Positions 59,451 through 64,000 of a stretch of 64,000 nt of DNA are shown one piece after another (position 1 is the stretch's first letter; each line of letters opens with the position of its first letter). Below the pieces are notes generated by a model. It searched no databases, was not told the origin of the DNA, and saw nothing but the letters and a program-made list of their open reading frames with translations. The stretch covers positions 124,001 to 188,000 of the forward strand of contig NW_003314290.1 in assembly GCF_000143415.4 (NCBI RefSeq), in the 5' to 3' direction. This DNA is from Selaginella moellendorffii (Eukaryota; Plantae; Lycopodiophyta). Made by a program: the position numbers and the translations under genes.

Positions 59451-59917
59451 AAAGGTGCGAAAGAAAAAGATGAAAAAGACGTTTAGCCACGATTTGTTCA
59501 GTGGCTTTTATTTCTCATTTTGATCTTCTTTTTCAGCTTCGTGGAATTCTCTAAGCCTCACGGGAAAGCCCTCCTCGCATTGGTAATTGGGTGAAATACC
59601 AACAACGCGCTTGATGAGAGGAGCCATATCATGTAACGAGCATACACTACCACCACCACCTTTGCCAAGAAGGAAACCAACCGACCTCCGACATGTGAAA
59701 TGGTGATCTACTTCCAACCTCTTCCTTGCATCCGCGTTGCTACCATAACACTCAAGATCATTGATCCTAGACAGCAAATCGCCTGCCATTGCCCAGACAG
59801 AAAAACCCTAAAGTTAAGGAAATGCCCGGGAAGACTTTCATTTCCAAAGGACTTGCTGTTTCGCAGGACTTGTAATTTGTCTTTATTGACTATAGGTTGC
59901 TCTTCTGTTTGCAAATC

Positions 59918-61669
59918 ATGGAATCCTTCTGCAAGGACGAGTCTAGGGTAGGCATTGAAATGCAAATTACGAATGTTGAAGAGAGTAACAATTTCACAGC
60001 TGCAAGAAGCATCCAAAAGAAAATTGGAGCTTTCCTTGTAGGAGGTTCTTCATTTGACGCTTGGCTCACTACAACCACAGCACAGGTAAAACTTCTCTAG
60101 AATTATATTCAGAAATACTCATTTACCCTTATGCAGGTAGCACAAGTTCTCCTCACTCTTCCACACACTATTGCACAAATGGGAATTACATCTGGAATAG
60201 GATTTCAACTTCTATACGGTGCTCTTGGTTGTTGGAGCTGTTATATAACTATGTGCCTGTATATGGATTATGTGAAAATTCTTGAAAGGCACAACGCTCG
60301 TAGGAAGAGTCACATAATTCAGGTAACGAAACTCTAAACTTCTGATGTCGCCTGAAAAAAAAAAAAACAAAAATTGATGATAGTGGTATGAAGTATTAAA
60401 TGGTCTTTTGGGTCGATGGTGGAGAGCACCTGGATTGCTATTCAATTGTGCATTGCTGGTGAGCACTGCAACAATTCAACTCATAGCTTGTGCAAAGTAA
60501 GTTACATATAGAAAACAAAAATCACTAACATTCCAGTGGACAGCACAATCTGGTACATGAATAATAGCCTTGACAAAAGGACTTGGACCTATATATTTGG
60601 AGCTCTTTGTTTTCTCACAGTACTTATTCCCACAGCACGGAATTATAGACTTTGGGTGTTTTTTGGCATATTCATGACAACCTATACAGCTTGGTATTTC
60701 ACTATTGCATCTATATTTTTTGAAAAGGTATGTCTCAGCTTTATCAATATTTTAAATTTGATAACTTTCACAGCATGATAAGCATGTGCAACACTCAGCT
60801 CCAGGAAGTACAATTCAATATTTTTCAGGTGCTACAAATATTCTATTTACATTTGGTAACCATGCTTTGACACTGTAAGTTCAATATGATCTACTTTACT
60901 GCTATTAAGTTTCAGCTTTCAGAGAGATTGCTGAAGCTATGGATACACCAAGAAAATACAAGACAACCAATGTGTATGCAATCCTTTATACCTTCACACT
61001 TACACTCCCATCTGCAGTGAGTGTGTATTGGAGATTTGGTGATCAAATGCTAGATCATCCAAATGCCCTAGCAGTGTTTTCCCCATCCAAGTTCAAAAAT
61101 GTAGCTATCATCCTTATGCTTACCCATCAGGTGAACTTAAAATCTCAATGATAATCTTAACATTTAATCTTTTATTTTCTTGCAGTTCATTGAGTTTGCT
61201 GCACTTGTGGTTCCAGTATTTGCAATGTGGGAGAAATTACTAGGCATCCACTGCTCCCAAAACTACACCTTAAAGTGTGTAGCCAGGATGCCAATTGTGT
61301 TGGGCATTTGTTTTCTTGCTATTATGCTTCCATTCTTTGGTTCTATCAACTCAGTGGTGGGTGCTACGCTCTCCAGCATTGGCATATATATTCTCCCATG
61401 CCTTGCTTTCATGGTAATAAGGCAGCACAAAGAATCAAGAGAGGTACAAGCCACACTTTTCTGTCCATATCAAAAAATTTTGATTTCAGAATGCAGTAGA
61501 GCAACCACCGTTTTGGATCAAGAGTTGGGTGGGTGTTTATTGCATCAACCTTGGATTGGTTATTTGGGTTGGAATCATAGGCATAGGCTTTGGTTCCTGG
61601 GCAAGCATGCACAATCTAATGCAGAAGGTAGAAAAATTTGGATGGTTTGCAAAATGTTTCCAGTGTTAA
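59918..61669 (+). CDS. AUX1/LAX-like copy D (intact, divergent); exons 59918-60085, 60137-60322, 60384-60496, 60544-60727, 60774-60874, 60923-61130, 61186-61443, 61490-61669
   Basis: Full frame through 8 exons, ending FGWFAKCFQC*. Confidence 0.9.
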
Positions 61670-62130
61670 AAACTTAACTCATTAATGTGAAAAAATTAGT
61701 GTACAATAGCTTGCCTTTTTCTCTTCCATAGCCAAAAGCATCCTTAACCTAACCTCTCATATAGGCACACTTATTACAACTCATAGGTGACCAAATTTGC
61801 TACCATTCTCAAACTGAATATATTTTTTTGCATTGGGTGAGTTTGTAGATTTAAAGTTAATTTGGAGTCAAATACAACTGAGTGTAATGCATATGGTTTT
61901 CACCCTTTACCCTATAATAACTTACTATATGGAGTAAAACATAACCCTTAGACATAATGAAACAAGATTTAAATTTTAGGGCCTTATGCCACTAAACAAA
62001 GGGATAGATTGAGTTTTTGAGCATATAGACAAAGAGCGAAAGAACAAAAATATAGAATAACACCCGAGTGTCAAGTTAAAACAAGAGGATATTAAAAAGT
62101 CCTAGAGTATCTAGTATTTCAATGCCAAGA

Positions 62131-62306
62131 TGTAAATAATTAAAGAGAATAATTTAAAAAGATGATTTATTAGGGTTCAAATATAAAGAGAAATTGCTCA
62201 TGAATAAAAATGCATTCCTTTTTCAATTGGTTGAATGTCTTGAAATATTTAGTGAGTAATATTGGGTTAGATGAACTCCTAGGAAGTCCAAATTCAAAAG
62301 TGTATA
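62131..62306 (+). mobile_element. Degenerate solo LTR of the Cassandra-like TRIM
   Basis: Collinear with 35311-35506, including attgggttagatgaactcctaggaagtccaaattc; no clear TSD. Confidence 0.7.
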
Positions 62307-62431
62307 GGAGGATATGGATACTCCCCTAATATCATTAACATATAAGGCATGATTACAAGATTAAATATCCTTAGCAAAAAATACATAAAAGTTCTTATTC
62401 TATATTTATCTTATATTCGTGATATTCTCCC

Positions 62432-63407
62432 TATAAGACACAAATCTTTAAGCCTCAAACTGGAGCCAAAAGTGTGCTACATGGTAGTGGTCAAAGAAGA
62501 AGTCTAGTAAGCATAATATATTTAGACCAAAAGTTTTGACTTGGAAAGTCGAGAGTGCAAGTGAAACTCCCAATAAAGTGTTTAAGAAATGAGTATGAAA
62601 CAATTGATGAATGAGTCTCTAAAAAGGGACACAAGAAGGATTGACATATAGTAAGCGTCATGACACATTGAAGTGTTAGGACCAAGTCTGAAAAGGAGTC
62701 TAAGATGAAATTTGAGTCTGAGGTGGAATTCAAGATGGACTCAAAATGGAGTCCAAAATGGAGTTTGAAATGGAGTTCGGATGGAGGTTGAAATTAGGTT
62801 TGAGATGGAGTTCAAGACTGGGTTTGAGACTAAAACTGAGATCGAGACCAAGACTAAGTCTTAGTTTGAGTCCAAGTTCAAATTCAAGTCCAAGTCCAAG
62901 CTTGAGTTCGAGACTGAGTTCAAATACTAATATATATTATAGGGTGAAAGCCCAAAACAATCATTCCTTGAGGGGTGCAGGGGATATTCCAAAAGTATAA
63001 CAGGGAGAGTATGGGGGTTGAACTCTAATAAAACCAATTTGGCTAGGAAAGGCTAGTATGACCTAGAAAGGTTATAATTATGTGGTGGGTGATGATATAA
63101 CTAATAAAGAGTTTAAGGCTAGAGTGAATACGGATGAACAAGTGGGGTAACTTGGTGAAGTGTTCAAGAGTTGGTTCTAACTCTCCCGGGAAATCAAATG
63201 GTCAATACTCCCAATTTAAGTGTGGGTGGCACTATTTACTTAGATACCTGGTGTGGCTCATCAAAGCTTCACTTTAGCCACATGGCTAGGGCACATAAAG
63301 GTGGAAGGTGGGGGAAGTACTTATGAGGCTTATATAGCACTATGTTGTTTCAAAATGCGTTCTAAAGTCCTAGATTTTGTAAAGAAGAGGAGCAATCCTT
63401 TTGTATA
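62432..63407 (+). mobile_element. Degenerate family-B LTR (5' part)
   Basis: Collinear with the B LTR start and its hexamer tract. Confidence 0.75.
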
Positions 63408-64000
63408 TGTAAGTGACTAAATTTTCCATTCTACTTTAGTTATTTAATCACACCTTTGACCATTTGGAAGAGTCTTACTTACAATCTTTATAAATTTTAT
63501 TCCCGACTTAGGGACATGCTAGCCCCGTGAATGGCATTTATTACCAAATGCTCTACATGTTCAATCCTACCAACACCCCAAAGGTACCATTAACATCTCA
63601 ACCCATTACACTAAGGCCATGTCCATTTACCCTTATTTCATTAGTAGTTCAAAACCACTATTATCATAGTCCCATCTCTCCAAGATTGGGTCATCTATCC
63701 ATAAGTGGTCATTCTAGGATCACACTTTAGCATCCTTTGGATGCTCGGAGACAAGGGGAACACCCTTCCTCAATGTCCCTTTTTTAGTTCCTACCAAATC
63801 CCTCTTCATCCATGGCCATTTTCACCAACACTGCACTGAGTTAGGGCTTGAAGGTCCAACCACTAAGTCCCATTAACCTCTGGGACTTCCTCACCACGTG
63901 ATTATGCCTTTGGTCACTATGTAAGAGGATTGTTCCTCTTCTTTTCCACAGTCTAGAACTTTGGGATAACATTTTGAAACACTATAGCCTTACACAAGCC
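63408..64000 (-). mobile_element. Family-B LTR in the opposite orientation, inserted into the preceding LTR; runs off the window
   Basis: Starts tgtaagtgactaaattttccattctactttag, like 45877. Confidence 0.78.

Overview
Eukaryotic land-plant nuclear DNA. Very short (~45-110 nt) GT-AG introns, compact genes and many PLS-class PPR genes suggest a lycophyte such as Selaginella; this is an inference and was not tested. The gene-dense left part (1-30.7 kb) holds a PPR gene running off the left edge, an HMA5-like Cu-ATPase, an APO-family plastid splicing factor, a 58-aa membrane microprotein, a second PPR gene, two repeat-built orphan membrane-protein genes, a 19-exon cytosolic PheRS beta subunit, a small heat-shock protein and two AUX1/LAX-like genes. 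A ~22-kb transposon block (30.8-52.8 kb) contains a Copia relic, two TRIMs with 5S-rRNA-like LTRs (Cassandra-like), nested inverted copies of a non-autonomous LTR element, a Gypsy RT-RNaseH relic and a 1.4-kb palindromic microsatellite. The right part holds a LAX pseudogene, an 875-aa PPR, a divergent classical tyrosine phosphatase, an enoyl-CoA isomerase pseudogene with an internal inversion, a duplicated PheRS 3' end and an intact LAX-like gene. Highlights: (1) four AUX1/LAX-like paralogues with concerted changes at motifs otherwise highly conserved in AUX1/LAX, three of them within a triplicated LAX-PPR cassette; (2) Cassandra-like 5S-carrying TRIMs; (3) modular orphan proteins with repeated RxLL (S1P-type) motifs; (4) several clean micro-inversions. 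Exon coordinates were read by hand and comparisons with known proteins are from memory.
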